64,000 nt of DNA from an uncultured Candidatus Saccharibacteria bacterium (GCA_964652615.1 CAZZAT010000002.1:7296-71295), one strand, 5' to 3'; numbered from the stretch's first letter, positions 45,389-54,834 are shown. Notes: generated from the letters alone by a model not told the origin. Numbers and translations: made by a program.

Positions 45389-47779
45389 TTACATCCCCCG
45401 AATCATATCCTTTTCAATATCTGCAAACGTACCACCTACTTTCTTTCCCGGATTCAAGATATTCAAAGGATCAAAGATACGCTTCGTCTCTTCAAAGAGA
45501 GCCATCATATCCGGACCAAACATATGGGGCAGATAGGGCGTTCGTATGATGCCGTCATTGTGCTCTCCAGTGGTTGAGCCGCCATACTCCATCACCAACT
45601 CATATACGCGCGGGGAAAGTTCGAGGATAATTCTATGCGACTCTTCCTTTGCAAGATCCATAAGCGGGATGATGTGGAAGTTGCCGTTGCCGATATGGCC
45701 TGCAATGGTGTAGATGAGATCGTACTCGGCAAGGAGTTTGTTTAGGCGCGGCAGAAACTCGGGATAACTGTCTGGCGGTACAACAAAGTCATCGATAAAA
45801 GGGGCAGCGTATAAGCCCTTTAGGTTCTTGCGAAGCAGCGAGAAGCTCTCCCGTCGCACTATCCAGTACTTTTCTGCACCTGCCTCATTCTTTTTGACGC
45901 TCGTAGGAAGTCCCATATCGGCAAGCGCTGCTTTTGCTTCTTCCGCCTTGCGTACCGCCTCTTCAGGCGTATCTTCGGAGAACTCTGCCATGAGAACGAG
46001 CTTTGGTACGCCGCCCTGAAGCGCCATCATAACTTCTGGAATAAAAGAAATACCAAGGCGTGCGGCGCGTACAAAGCCCATCTGCGAGAGCATCTGCGGC
46101 AAGTACTTTAGGGCAAGCGAGAAAGTATGGTCGTCATAGGATTCAAATGATTCAGGATTTGATTTTAAGACCCTGCGTACAATTTCCGGCAAGGGCGCAA
46201 GGTCTTTCAAGAAGATGACGAGCATGGCGCGCGATGGTTGTGGCGTCACCAGTTTCAAGGTCATAGAGGTGGTGAGTGCAAGCGTTCCTTGCGCACCACA
46301 CAGGAGCTTCGCAAGATTGAAGGTTCCGTTCTCAACGTCAAAGACATTCCAGAGCGCATAGCCCGCAGAGTTCTTTGAGACGGTAGGTCGATGTGCCTCT
46401 ATGACCTCGCGATTCTTTACGATAAGGTCGCTCATCCTGCGATAGATATCACCCTCAAGGGTAGGGAGCTTCTTCTTTTCAAGAAGCTCGTCTGGCCCAA
46501 GCTCTCCAAAGGTTGCAAGCGAACCGTCTGAAAGCACCACCTCTGTTGAGACGACATAGTTCTCGGTCTTGCCGTATTCAAGGGTCCGCTCTCCGCCTGA
46601 ATTGTTGTTGAATATGCCTCCCATCGCAGCAATAGAGCGCGAAGCAGGGTAGGAGGGGAGGATGAGGTTTTTAGCGAGCGTTGCTTTCTCAAAGTCTCGG
46701 TAGTAGACCCCTGGTTCGGTTGTTGCCTGTCCTTTTTCAATCGTCCCAATATGGTTCATATACTTCGTAAACACGGCAACAACCGAACGGGTCAAAGGAC
46801 CGCCGCTCATATCAGTACCTGCGCTTCGTGCTGTTATCGACACTTCTTCTCCAGCACTCTTTGCGTCATGTATCTTTTTCACAAGCGCTCCCACTTCCTC
46901 CTTGTTCTTTGGAAACACCACAAGAGAAGGCGTGCGCTCAAACACGCTCGTATCGCGCGCGTATTTCTTGCGCACCTCAAGAGCATCTTCTGCTTCAATG
47001 CCAGCTTCTTGAAGCAAGGAACGAAGCGGGCTGCCGATAAGCTCCTCGATAAGTGCAGCGGTCTCTTCGGGGCCTTTAACCGCATGCGTTGTGATGCCGG
47101 TTGTCTTTACGATTTCGTCATTGCCGCCTGGAAAGAGAGCATCTCCCGTGTAGAGCATTTCAGAAACAGGGATGCCAGTCATTTTCGAAAGCTCCTCTAC
47201 GCCATACGCTTTGGTCATTCCTTCCTTTGTTATATCTATCGAACTCATTGCATTTACGCGTACCGAGAACCCTGGAAGCGCCTTTCGAAGTATCTTTGCA
47301 AGCGGTTCGCGCTTCTTCTTGTCAGGATCCCATGTTTGTTTTTCTTCAGGAGGAGCTTCTTGTCCCAACCCCGAGAACGTAATCTGTGCACCGCGATCTT
47401 CAATGCGCTCACCCCATACCTTTTCAGGGGGCGTATCCATGCCCGTTTTTTTGAGTCCGTCATCAAGAGCGGTAAGCACCTTTTCGCGCTCCTGTTTGGT
47501 AAAGCGGTGCGTATAGACGGTTTTCCATCCAGAGCCCGTGTACTGCAGGCACTCCGCAGCACTTACGGGGAAGAGATAGAGTTTTTCAAAGCGCGCAGTT
47601 TTCGGTATGGCAGAGATGAGCTGTGTTTCAATTTGCTCCCAAGAACCTCCGGTCATCACTGCGACCGGCATCTTTTCAAGAAGGCGGGCAAGCAAAGCGC
47701 CCATGTCTTTTTCAACAGGGGACTTGCTCTTTGCAAGCGTTCCATCAAGATCAAATATTGCTATGCGCGGCTTTTCCAT
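45389..47779 (-). CDS. Fusion protein: eukaryotic-type phosphomannomutase (HAD) N-terminal domain joined to an FAD-linked oxidase (GlcD/D-LDH-like)
   Basis: At the N-terminus, IAIFDLDGTLA and YTGDALFPGGNDEIV match PMM-family HAD motifs. At the C-terminus there is a PCMH-type FAD-binding domain (VVFPKNKEEVGALVKKIHDA...ARSAGTDMSGGPL) plus an FAD-oxidase C-terminal domain. The start was moved to M41. Confidence 0.7.
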   Translation of the reverse strand: MEKPRIAIFDLDGTLAKSKSPVEKDMGALLARLLEKMPVAVMTGGSWEQIETQLISAIPKTARFEKLYLFPVSAAECLQYTGSGWKTVYTHRFTKQEREKVLTALDDGLKKTGMDTPPEKVWGERIEDRGAQITFSGLGQEAPPEEKQTWDPDKKKREPLAKILRKALPGFSVRVNAMSSIDITKEGMTKAYGVEELSKMTGIPVSEMLYTGDALFPGGNDEIVKTTGITTHAVKGPEETAALIEELIGSPLRSLLQEAGIEAEDALEVRKKYARDTSVFERTPSLVVFPKNKEEVGALVKKIHDAKSAGEEVSITARSAGTDMSGGPLTRSVVAVFTKYMNHIGTIEKGQATTEPGVYYRDFEKATLAKNLILPSYPASRSIAAMGGIFNNNSGGERTLEYGKTENYVVSTEVVLSDGSLATFGELGPDELLEKKKLPTLEGDIYRRMSDLIVKNREVIEAHRPTVSKNSAGYALWNVFDVENGTFNLAKLLCGAQGTLALTTSMTLKLVTPQPSRAMLVIFLKDLAPLPEIVRRVLKSNPESFESYDDHTFSLALKYLPQMLSQMGFVRAARLGISFIPEVMMALQGGVPKLVLMAEFSEDTPEEAVRKAEEAKAALADMGLPTSVKKNEAGAEKYWIVRRESFSLLRKNLKGLYAAPFIDDFVVPPDSYPEFLPRLNKLLAEYDLIYTIAGHIGNGNFHIIPLMDLAKEESHRIILELSPRVYELVMEYGGSTTGEHNDGIIRTPYLPHMFGPDMMALFEETKRIFDPLNILNPGKKVGGTFADIEKDMIRGM

Positions 47780-47781
47780 AG

Positions 47782-49701
47782 CTAGTTCCAGGTAAGTGCT
47801 TTCATGATGCGCGAAAGAGAGGCAGTTGCAACGCCAACCACTTTGTCTGCACCTCCGTAGTACATAAAGAGGGTATCGCCACGAAGTACGAGGCCGCACG
47901 GAAAGACAACGTTTCCAATCTCACCCACTTTCTCGTAGTCAGTTTCAGGCTCAAATATTGGGTCTGCGCTTCGGGCAAGTACGGTGGTGCCGTGCTCATC
48001 AAGGAGTGCCGCACCCACGCGATAGCGGGAGCGATGTGAGACGCCATGATAGAGCATGAGCCAGCCGCCCTTCACTTTAACGGGCGGCGCTGCAATACCC
48101 ACCTTCGCTGCGTCCCAGAGCCCCTCTCGTGGTCCCATAATTTCAATACACTTTGAGACGCGCTTTCCAGAATGGAGATCAGGAAGCACATCTGCGCAAA
48201 TGCGCCTTGATACGCGGTGATACAGAAGATAGCCATCTTCCCGTTTCTCTGGCAGGAGCGCCAAGTCTTTATCATCAACATCATCCGGCGTCACAAGAAG
48301 CGGCTCCGTCCACTTGTCGAACTCTTTATTGCGGAACTCTTCGAGAGAGAGCGACGTAATGGCGCCAATAGGGGCATGCACGCCATCATAGGCGGTATAC
48401 GTCATATAGATGCGATCATCGATGACAACGGTGCGCGGATCCTCACACCCTGAATTGCCGTCCGGTTTTCCTTGCTTCATCTCAAAAGGAGCGCGCGGTC
48501 CATAGATAGGTACAGAAAGCCGCTCACTAATCTGGAGCCCATCTTCGCTTCGTGCATAGCCAACAGTGGAAGTATTCGGGTTGTCCATCGCTCTATAGAA
48601 AATATGTACGGAACCATCGAGCTCAAACGCTGCAGGATTAAAGACCAGCTTTTCTTCAAAGGTATTTTCAGGCTGCGGAGAGAGTATAGGGTTTCCGGGG
48701 AAGCGGACAAACAAAGGATCTTCTTTTGCAGTGAGTGCTTCAAGCAAGTCCGGCAAATGAAGTGCGGCCCGTGCGCATGTGGTATCGGCTGCGCCATAGT
48801 AGAGATCGAGCGTGTCTCCGCGCAGAAGCGCTCCGGAAGGGAAGACGATGTTTGGGATAAGGCCGAAGCGCTCATACACTTCTTCAGCTACCATGAAGGG
48901 GTAGGTTCGACTCTTTAAGATGCGCGGGTCCTCTAGATCAAGAAGAAGCGCCTCAACGCCAAACATACGCTCCTTTTCGTTGTAGTAGCGCTGGGTATAG
49001 GAATAGAGGAGAAGCCAGCCTTCATCTGTCTTTACGGGCGGCGCCCCTATCTCTACATGGTCATCATCGCTGCGGCGCAAGTTCGGCAGCGCATGCTCGC
49101 TCAAGTGCTCGTGCCACTCTCGCCAGAAGTCATGGTTCCAGAAATCTTCCATGTTTTTGACGCGCGCAATGCCAATGGTTGGACGCGGATGCTCTGGCGT
49201 GAAATCGGTATGCACTGTTACGAGCGCAACATACTCGCCATTAATCTTTTCTGGAAACAAAGCAAACGCTTTTGCATTAAAGGGAGTAAGCAGGTGGCGC
49301 TCATCAAAGTCTTCGCCGTTATGGGAAATAGCGAGCGCTGCCTTAATGTTGTCTGGTCCGTACGGGTGTCCGCCAAGAGCTGTGTAGGAAAGATACGTGA
49401 TGCCATCGATGATGGTTGCGCGCGGATCTTCGCACCCAAACGCTTCCCAGTCGTGCATAGGCGCTATGACCTGCCGATGGTGGGAGAAGTGCGTACCGTC
49501 TCTGGACTCTGCCATGCCTATCGTCGATTCAGGAGAAAAGGGCGCGATGATAGCCTGCGGGTTTGCAAGCGCGCGATAGTACATGCGCAGCTTTCCGTGC
49601 TCTTTCACCACTGACGGATTGAATGCAGCAAGCGCTTCCCATGGATGCTCGCGCCGTGGCGCAAGGAGCGGGTTTTCAGGATCTCGTTTGACGATAAACA
49701 T
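47782..49701 (-). CDS. Glycoside hydrolase family 130 protein with two tandem GH130 domains
   Basis: Two copies of the approximately 300-aa GH130 (DUF377) fold, each with AFNP...YRA, CEDPR and YYGGAD motifs. Confidence 0.8.
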   Translation of the reverse strand: MFIVKRDPENPLLAPRREHPWEALAAFNPSVVKEHGKLRMYYRALANPQAIIAPFSPESTIGMAESRDGTHFSHHRQVIAPMHDWEAFGCEDPRATIIDGITYLSYTALGGHPYGPDNIKAALAISHNGEDFDERHLLTPFNAKAFALFPEKINGEYVALVTVHTDFTPEHPRPTIGIARVKNMEDFWNHDFWREWHEHLSEHALPNLRRSDDDHVEIGAPPVKTDEGWLLLYSYTQRYYNEKERMFGVEALLLDLEDPRILKSRTYPFMVAEEVYERFGLIPNIVFPSGALLRGDTLDLYYGAADTTCARAALHLPDLLEALTAKEDPLFVRFPGNPILSPQPENTFEEKLVFNPAAFELDGSVHIFYRAMDNPNTSTVGYARSEDGLQISERLSVPIYGPRAPFEMKQGKPDGNSGCEDPRTVVIDDRIYMTYTAYDGVHAPIGAITSLSLEEFRNKEFDKWTEPLLVTPDDVDDKDLALLPEKREDGYLLYHRVSRRICADVLPDLHSGKRVSKCIEIMGPREGLWDAAKVGIAAPPVKVKGGWLMLYHGVSHRSRYRVGAALLDEHGTTVLARSADPIFEPETDYEKVGEIGNVVFPCGLVLRGDTLFMYYGGADKVVGVATASLSRIMKALTWN

Positions 49702-49704
49702 AGA

Positions 49705-50853
49705 TTAGGCAGTTGCGTAGGCAGGAGCGAGCATGCCAGAAACTTTTTGTGGCGCGACAAGCTTCCCGAGCAGTTTTGAAAGAGACGTTTGTGCCGTGCA
49801 GACAACCTGATCACCGCCTCCGTAATAGACGCGGAGCATGTCGTTTTCAACCGTTGCCCCGCATGCGTACACGATGCCTGGCTTCCCATGGTTTTCATAC
49901 CACGCATCCGGTTCAAGAACAGGCACCGGAGAACGCGCAAGCACCTTTGAAGGATTCAACAGGTCAAGCAGCAGCGCACCAAGCTTATAGCGATGCGGCT
50001 CGCGCGCATCATTTGCGTGATACAAAACAAGCCACCCATGCTTTGTTTTAAGGGGAGGAGGACCTGCGCCGCGTAGCTGTGAATCCCAGACGGTAGCATC
50101 AACGACAGGATTGTACGGACTCTCGATGCCCACATCATCTTTCAATTCTTCAAGATGTTCAACCAAGACGCTTTCTCGCGAGCCTGAATGCAAACTGTGC
50201 AAAAGCGAGAAGCGTCCCTGCATCTTTTGCGGGAACAGTACCCAGTTCTTGTGCACTTGTCCCTCGGGAGAAAGGTATGCTGGCTTCGTCCACTTCCAGC
50301 GCTTGTTCAAAAGATCATCAAGTGAAAGAGAAGTAACGGCAACACGAAGCGATCCCCATCCAGAGAATGCATTAAAGGTGAGGTAGACACGATTCTCTAT
50401 CACGACTGCGCGCGGATCTTCAACGCCCGCAAATGCGTAGCTTCCGCCAGACTCTGCAAGCCCCTCGTGTCCGGAAAATGCTTCGCGCCCCCCCGCATCT
50501 GTCTGGAGCGCAAATACAGGGTAGGGAGGACGTTCGTCTATATGTACGCCATCTTTACTTTTTGCATACCCGATACGTGAGACGCCGTCTGCGCCCACGG
50601 CTCTATAAAACATATGGGTGTGTCCGCCTGCGCGCACCACCGCAGGATTCATGACCCCGCCGCGCTCCCACGACTGTTCTCTGGCTTCGAGTATCGGATT
50701 CATCTCTTCGCGCGTAAGGCCAAGAGCACGAAGCAGGTCTTTAATGCGTTCAGGAAGCGAGAGTGCGCGTACAATCTTCCATACGCCGTACAAGAATATG
50801 CCGGTTGTCGTAAGAGCCCCAGCGAGTGCGAGATAGAAGAGAAAGAGTCCCAT
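49705..50853 (-). CDS. Glycoside hydrolase family 130 protein with an N-terminal TM anchor
   Basis: A single GH130 domain (MNPAVV...MFYRA, VEDPR, YYGGGD). Confidence 0.8.
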   Translation of the reverse strand: MGLFLFYLALAGALTTTGIFLYGVWKIVRALSLPERIKDLLRALGLTREEMNPILEAREQSWERGGVMNPAVVRAGGHTHMFYRAVGADGVSRIGYAKSKDGVHIDERPPYPVFALQTDAGGREAFSGHEGLAESGGSYAFAGVEDPRAVVIENRVYLTFNAFSGWGSLRVAVTSLSLDDLLNKRWKWTKPAYLSPEGQVHKNWVLFPQKMQGRFSLLHSLHSGSRESVLVEHLEELKDDVGIESPYNPVVDATVWDSQLRGAGPPPLKTKHGWLVLYHANDAREPHRYKLGALLLDLLNPSKVLARSPVPVLEPDAWYENHGKPGIVYACGATVENDMLRVYYGGGDQVVCTAQTSLSKLLGKLVAPQKVSGMLAPAYATA

Positions 50854-50856
50854 ACT

Positions 50857-51216
50857 TTAGGCAGCGCGCCCGAAGTCATCTTCGAGCCGCTCGATATCTT
50901 CTTCATTAAACTCACCAAACGCTATCTCAAGAACCGTAATGCCTTCAGGTCCTCCGGTGAGCCTATGCGCCATCCCTATCTTCACCAGTGTCTCATCACC
51001 CACCTGCAATGTACGTGCTTCACCCTCAAGCTCAAGCGTGCCGCTTCCGCGTATAACGCGCCAGAACTCTTCGCGTCCTCTGTGTCGCTGCAGCGAGAAG
51101 CGTTTATCCGGCGCAACATGCAGAAACTTCACGGTGCACTGCTCATTCTCTACAAAGCGCTCAAACGAACCCCACGGGCGCTCCTCTTTGTAATAGGTAT
51201 CTAAAGGGTGGGCCAT
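50857..51216 (-). CDS. Mannose-6-phosphate isomerase type II cupin domain protein
   Basis: ERPWGSFE, KVKFLHVAPDKRFSLQRHRGREEFWRV, GMAHRL and LEIAFGEFNEEDIERLEDDFGR match the PMI C-terminal cupin. The start is at M89, after AGGAGG. Confidence 0.75.
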   Translation of the reverse strand: MAHPLDTYYKEERPWGSFERFVENEQCTVKFLHVAPDKRFSLQRHRGREEFWRVIRGSGTLELEGEARTLQVGDETLVKIGMAHRLTGGPEGITVLEIAFGEFNEEDIERLEDDFGRAA

Positions 51217-51325
51217 GCTCCTCCTATAATACCGCATCCTCTCCCTATACTTCCCGTGGATTGCTCCATGAAAGTGAAAGGTATATAAAGGTCTCACACC
51301 TGACGCTAGCACTAGGAGGTTGGGT

Positions 51326-51799
51326 ATGGAAGAACGCACGAAGAAAGCAGCGACAGCTGTTGCTCGGGCACTTCTTGAAGATTCCGAGTTGAGTTTTTCG
51401 GCGGCTTGCGTAGCTGCAGAAATTGCATCTGGCACCCTGAAGCGATATGTAAAGCACGACACACCGGAAACCTTCCTCAAGAAGTGGGGAGGATCACTTG
51501 CTACTCCGGAACGGGTGAAGCTTGTTCTTCAAGGAACGTTGCGCAGACTGCACGAGATTGCAAGGCGAGCCGCTAAAGCAAAGGAGCGCGAAGAAGCGCG
51601 AGCGGCGGCAAAAGAAATACTAGTACCGCTGCCTAAGCCGCAGCGAGCGCTCGGAAGCCATGAGTGTCAGTGGGTGGTCAATCCGAAAGGTCCGGACTAC
51701 TACTGCACAGCAGCGGTTATGGGTTTGTACTGCGTGAAGCATGATCTGATAGCGCAACAGCAGGCCGAGCGTCGATTTAAGATTCTACGCACGGCGTAA
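51326..51799 (+). CDS. Hypothetical protein (157 aa)
   Basis: AGGAGG 6 nt before the ATG; a C-terminal Cys cluster (HECQWVV...YYCTAAVMGLYCVKHD). Confidence 0.5.
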   Translation: MEERTKKAATAVARALLEDSELSFSAACVAAEIASGTLKRYVKHDTPETFLKKWGGSLATPERVKLVLQGTLRRLHEIARRAAKAKEREEARAAAKEILVPLPKPQRALGSHECQWVVNPKGPDYYCTAAVMGLYCVKHDLIAQQQAERRFKILRTA

Positions 51800-51806
51800 C
51801 GAAATA

Positions 51807-51839
51807 AGGAGCACGCTTAGGCGTGCTCCTCCTTTTTTG
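51807..51839 (+). terminator. Intrinsic terminator
   Basis: aggagcacgc-ttag-gcgtgctcct followed by ccttttttg. Confidence 0.75.
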
Positions 51840-51856
51840 CTATACTGCCTCTCTCT

Positions 51857-52621
51857 ATGCCTCCAGCAATTGAAGTGAAAGGGGTTAAGAAGACCTATAA
51901 AAAGAGCGGGCGCTCTGCAACTGCTACCGAAGCTCTGAAAGGAGTGTCTCTTGCTGTGCCTTCAGGTGAGTTCTTTGCGCTTCTTGGCCCAAACGGCGCA
52001 GGCAAGACGACGCTTATTGGAATACTCACCGGCCTTGTTGAAAAGAGCGAAGGGGAAGTGCGCGTGAACGGCATTTCTATAGACGAAGACCCAGACACAG
52101 CAAAGACCTATATAGGTGTCGTCCCGCAGGAGATGAACTTCAACATCTTCGAGAAAGTCATTGATATTATTCTCGACCAAGCAGGGTACTACGGCATAGA
52201 GCGCAGCGTTGCGCTCCCGCGCGCAGAGCAGCTCCTGAAAGATCTTGGCCTTTGGGAGAAGCGAAGCGAGAAGTCGCAGAACCTTTCAGGAGGGATGAAG
52301 CGCCGCCTTATGATTGCGCGTGCTCTTATTCATGAACCAAAGATTCTTTTGCTCGATGAACCTACCGCAGGCGTTGATGTGGAGCTACGGCGCGGCATGT
52401 GGGAGTACTTGCGGCGCATCAACAGCGAAGGAACGACCATCGTCCTTACCACCCACTACCTTGAAGAAGCTGAACAGCTTTCGCGCCATGTTGCCATTAT
52501 CAATAAGGGGGAAGTGGTGGTTGATGAAGCAACGAAAGCGCTGATGGCGCGCCATGAAGGCAAGCGCCTCGAAGATATCTTCCTCGATATTATCGGTGAA
52601 GAGAAAACGACCATAGCATGA
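51857..52621 (+). CDS. ABC transporter ATP-binding protein (ABC-2 type)
   Basis: Walker A GPNGAGKTT, the LSGGMKRR signature and Walker B LLLDEPTAGVD. Confidence 0.9.
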   Translation: MPPAIEVKGVKKTYKKSGRSATATEALKGVSLAVPSGEFFALLGPNGAGKTTLIGILTGLVEKSEGEVRVNGISIDEDPDTAKTYIGVVPQEMNFNIFEKVIDIILDQAGYYGIERSVALPRAEQLLKDLGLWEKRSEKSQNLSGGMKRRLMIARALIHEPKILLLDEPTAGVDVELRRGMWEYLRRINSEGTTIVLTTHYLEEAEQLSRHVAIINKGEVVVDEATKALMARHEGKRLEDIFLDIIGEEKTTIA

Positions 52622-53391
52622 TGAAGAACCCCGCACTCGTTGGTTTGTATACGATGGTCCGCAAGGACACCATTCGCATTTTCCGTATCTGGTCGCAGAC
52701 GCTTCTGCCGCCCGTCGTGACAACCGCACTCTACTTTGCAGTGTTTGGCGGCTTTATCGGCAGCCAAGTCGATCCTATCGACGGCTTCTCCTATATGCAG
52801 TTCATCATGCCGGGACTCGTGATGCTCACCATCATCACCTCTGCATACATGAATACGGTTTCCACCTTCTACTTCTCAAAGTTCATCAAGACCATCGAAG
52901 AGCTTCTCGTCTCTCCGATGCCGTCATGGGCTATTGTCACAGGGTTTGTCTTAGGCGGCGTGGTGCGTGCTTTCTTAACAGGCTTTCTCGTCGTTATTAC
53001 CTCGCTCTTCTTCACACACCTCACTATTCATAGCCTTGTCTTTGTATTTGCTGCGGCATTTCTAACTGCACTCCTGTTCTCGCTTGCAGGACTCGTGAAT
53101 GGATTCTTTGCAAAGAGCTTTGATGCTATTAGCATCATTCCGACCTTCGTACTGACGCCCCTTACGTACCTTGGCGGCGTCTTCTACTCTATCGACCTTC
53201 TCCCAGAACCATTTCGCACCCTCTCTCTGTTTAACCCTATCCTCTATATGGTGGACGCGTTCCGCTACGGAATACTCGGCATTTCAGATGTGGGCGTGGG
53301 TCTCTCGTTTGCTGTGCTTGGCGGCCTTACCGTTCTCTTTTTCCTCATTACGCTCTTTATGTTTATTAAAGGAACAGGCTTCAAGAATTAA
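52618..53391 (+). CDS. ABC-2 family transporter permease
   Basis: Six TM helices; its start overlaps the ATPase stop (ATGA). Confidence 0.8.
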   Translation: MMKNPALVGLYTMVRKDTIRIFRIWSQTLLPPVVTTALYFAVFGGFIGSQVDPIDGFSYMQFIMPGLVMLTIITSAYMNTVSTFYFSKFIKTIEELLVSPMPSWAIVTGFVLGGVVRAFLTGFLVVITSLFFTHLTIHSLVFVFAAAFLTALLFSLAGLVNGFFAKSFDAISIIPTFVLTPLTYLGGVFYSIDLLPEPFRTLSLFNPILYMVDAFRYGILGISDVGVGLSFAVLGGLTVLFFLITLFMFIKGTGFKN

Positions 53392-53392
53392 A

Positions 53393-53426
53393 GACAAACC
53401 GCCCCTTTTGAGGGCGGTTTGTTGTT
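53393..53426. terminator. Intrinsic terminator
   Basis: caaaccgccc-cttttga-gggcggtttg followed by ttgtttt. Confidence 0.65.
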
Positions 53427-53708
53427 TTACGCAGGCCAGTGCCCATGTCGTATGTAGTAGCCAAGCCAGATAAGTCCGATACAAAACCAAACCAAAAGCA
53501 AGGCGACGAAATGGTGTGTTCGAAACTCATAGGTACCGTAGGATGTAGGCTGTCCCATAAGCATTGCAAAGGTAAGTCCACCGCCCACCAGTGCCGTGAG
53601 GAACATAATCAAAAGCGCAGAAGAGAAGAACCCTATCCCCACATACGCCAGTAACACCACGAGTACGAATACGCCTATAAAAAGGACATCTTTTGTTAAA
53701 ATACTCAT
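53427..53708 (-). CDS. Small membrane protein, paralog A (93 aa, 3 TM)
   Basis: Hydrophobic; shares a TY[EK][EF]...WIGY..RHG..P C-terminal pattern with the ORF at 53786-54061. Confidence 0.5.
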   Translation of the reverse strand: MSILTKDVLFIGVFVLVVLLAYVGIGFFSSALLIMFLTALVGGGLTFAMLMGQPTSYGTYEFRTHHFVALLLVWFCIGLIWLGYYIRHGHWPA

Positions 53709-53746
53709 GAGTACCTCCTCTGACGCGACTATACCCTCTCATTCTT

Positions 53747-53779
53747 AAAAAGAAAACAGACCGCCCATATAGGGCGGCC
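53747..53779 (-). terminator. Minus-strand intrinsic terminator
   Basis: ccgccc-atata-gggcgg; a ttttctttttaa run follows it on the minus strand. Confidence 0.5.
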
Positions 53780-53785
53780 CAAAGT

Positions 53786-54061
53786 TTACGTGACTGGAAG
53801 CGTGCCGTGTCGTGCGAGGTATCCGATCCAGACGACGCTGAACAGGCACCACGCAATTGCATTCACTGCAGCAATTTCTTTGTACGTTCTTCCGTCGTAC
53901 AAACCCTCGAAGGAAATAGCGAGGATAAACGATGCGAGAAAAAGTGTCGCAAGGAACACGACAATCGATTCTTCTGCGCTGTATCCAATGAATGCGCAGA
54001 ACAAAACGATGAAGGAGAGCACAGCGGCTAAGGGACCGCGTCTTTTGAGAGTAGCGTACAT
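53786..54061 (-). CDS. Small membrane protein, paralog B (91 aa, 3 TM)
   Basis: See paralog A. Confidence 0.5.
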   Translation of the reverse strand: MYATLKRRGPLAAVLSFIVLFCAFIGYSAEESIVVFLATLFLASFILAISFEGLYDGRTYKEIAAVNAIAWCLFSVVWIGYLARHGTLPVT

Positions 54062-54107
54062 GAGCTTTCCCTTTCTATTTTCGAATATACCGTGCGAGAA
54101 GATGATG

Positions 54108-54143
54108 GGCTAGTGGATAAAAAGAAAACGGGCCGCCCATGTG
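54108..54143 (-). terminator. Minus-strand intrinsic terminator
   Basis: cgggccgccc-atgt-gggcggcccg; a gttttcttttt run follows it on the minus strand. Nearly the same sequence as the terminator at 53747. Confidence 0.5.
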
Positions 54144-54159
54144 GGGCGGCCCGTCATGC

Positions 54160-54567
54160 CTATGCCGGCAAAAGTTGGCTTTTGAGAAACTTGTCGAGCA
54201 TTGCTTGCGATGATGCTGTCGTCTGCAGCTCAAGTCGAATCGCCGAGACAGCGCACTGCATGAGCTCGCCTGCAAGTTCGACGTCCCATGCGGTTCCAAG
54301 AGCAGGTTCTTTGTTGTGCGCGGCCGCAGAAAACGTATTTCTTCCATACGGGCCGCGAAGCATTGCTTGTACATCGATATACATCCACGAGTTTCCGTTC
54401 CTGATAGTGAACGTAATCGAGTCGACAGACACAATGTCACGCATGGGACGCATGCGGTTTATGAAAAGCCGCGCCGCTCCCATGATGCCTGCAATCGTTG
54501 TTGCTGGCACATCAAGGTATACATCCGCTTCGTGTGCACGGATGATGATATTGGGGCCAAGACCCAT
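54160..54567 (-). CDS. Hypothetical protein (135 aa)
   Basis: An ATG 6 nt after AGGAGG; divergent from nrdA. Confidence 0.55.
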   Translation of the reverse strand: MGLGPNIIIRAHEADVYLDVPATTIAGIMGAARLFINRMRPMRDIVSVDSITFTIRNGNSWMYIDVQAMLRGPYGRNTFSAAAHNKEPALGTAWDVELAGELMQCAVSAIRLELQTTASSQAMLDKFLKSQLLPA

Positions 54568-54834
54568 CAGTTCCTCCTAGAGCTACGTCTCCCGCCACCT
54601 TACGCCTCACCTCGTCTTCGTGTCAAACTTCATACAAAGGCCATCAAAGCAACCATATGCTGGATATTTTGAAGGGCATAGGTTGAAAGACTCTCAAAAC
54701 GTGTCGCAAGGAACCCTGTCCACAGTGCTTCATCTTCCCGACGGCGGTATCATAAACCTCCAAAAGCCCGTCTGGAAAGAAGCTCTTTGTCGCTCTTCTC
54801 CCAGTCGAATTATTGAGCCTAACTGTCGACCACC

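Noticed and set aside
45154-45549. 131-aa Arg-rich ORF
   Set aside because: It overlaps the better-supported 73-aa gene in another frame and overlaps the 3' end of the convergent minus-strand gene. It has no SD.
46751-47785. 344-aa plus-strand ORF
   Set aside because: It is fully antisense to the PMM-FAD oxidase gene and has a Cys/Arg/Phe-rich composition typical of antisense frames.
54568-54834. Possible cobalamin riboswitch upstream of nrdA
   Set aside because: No B12-box-like sequence is visible. The enzyme is class I with an NrdB partner, so B12 control is not expected.
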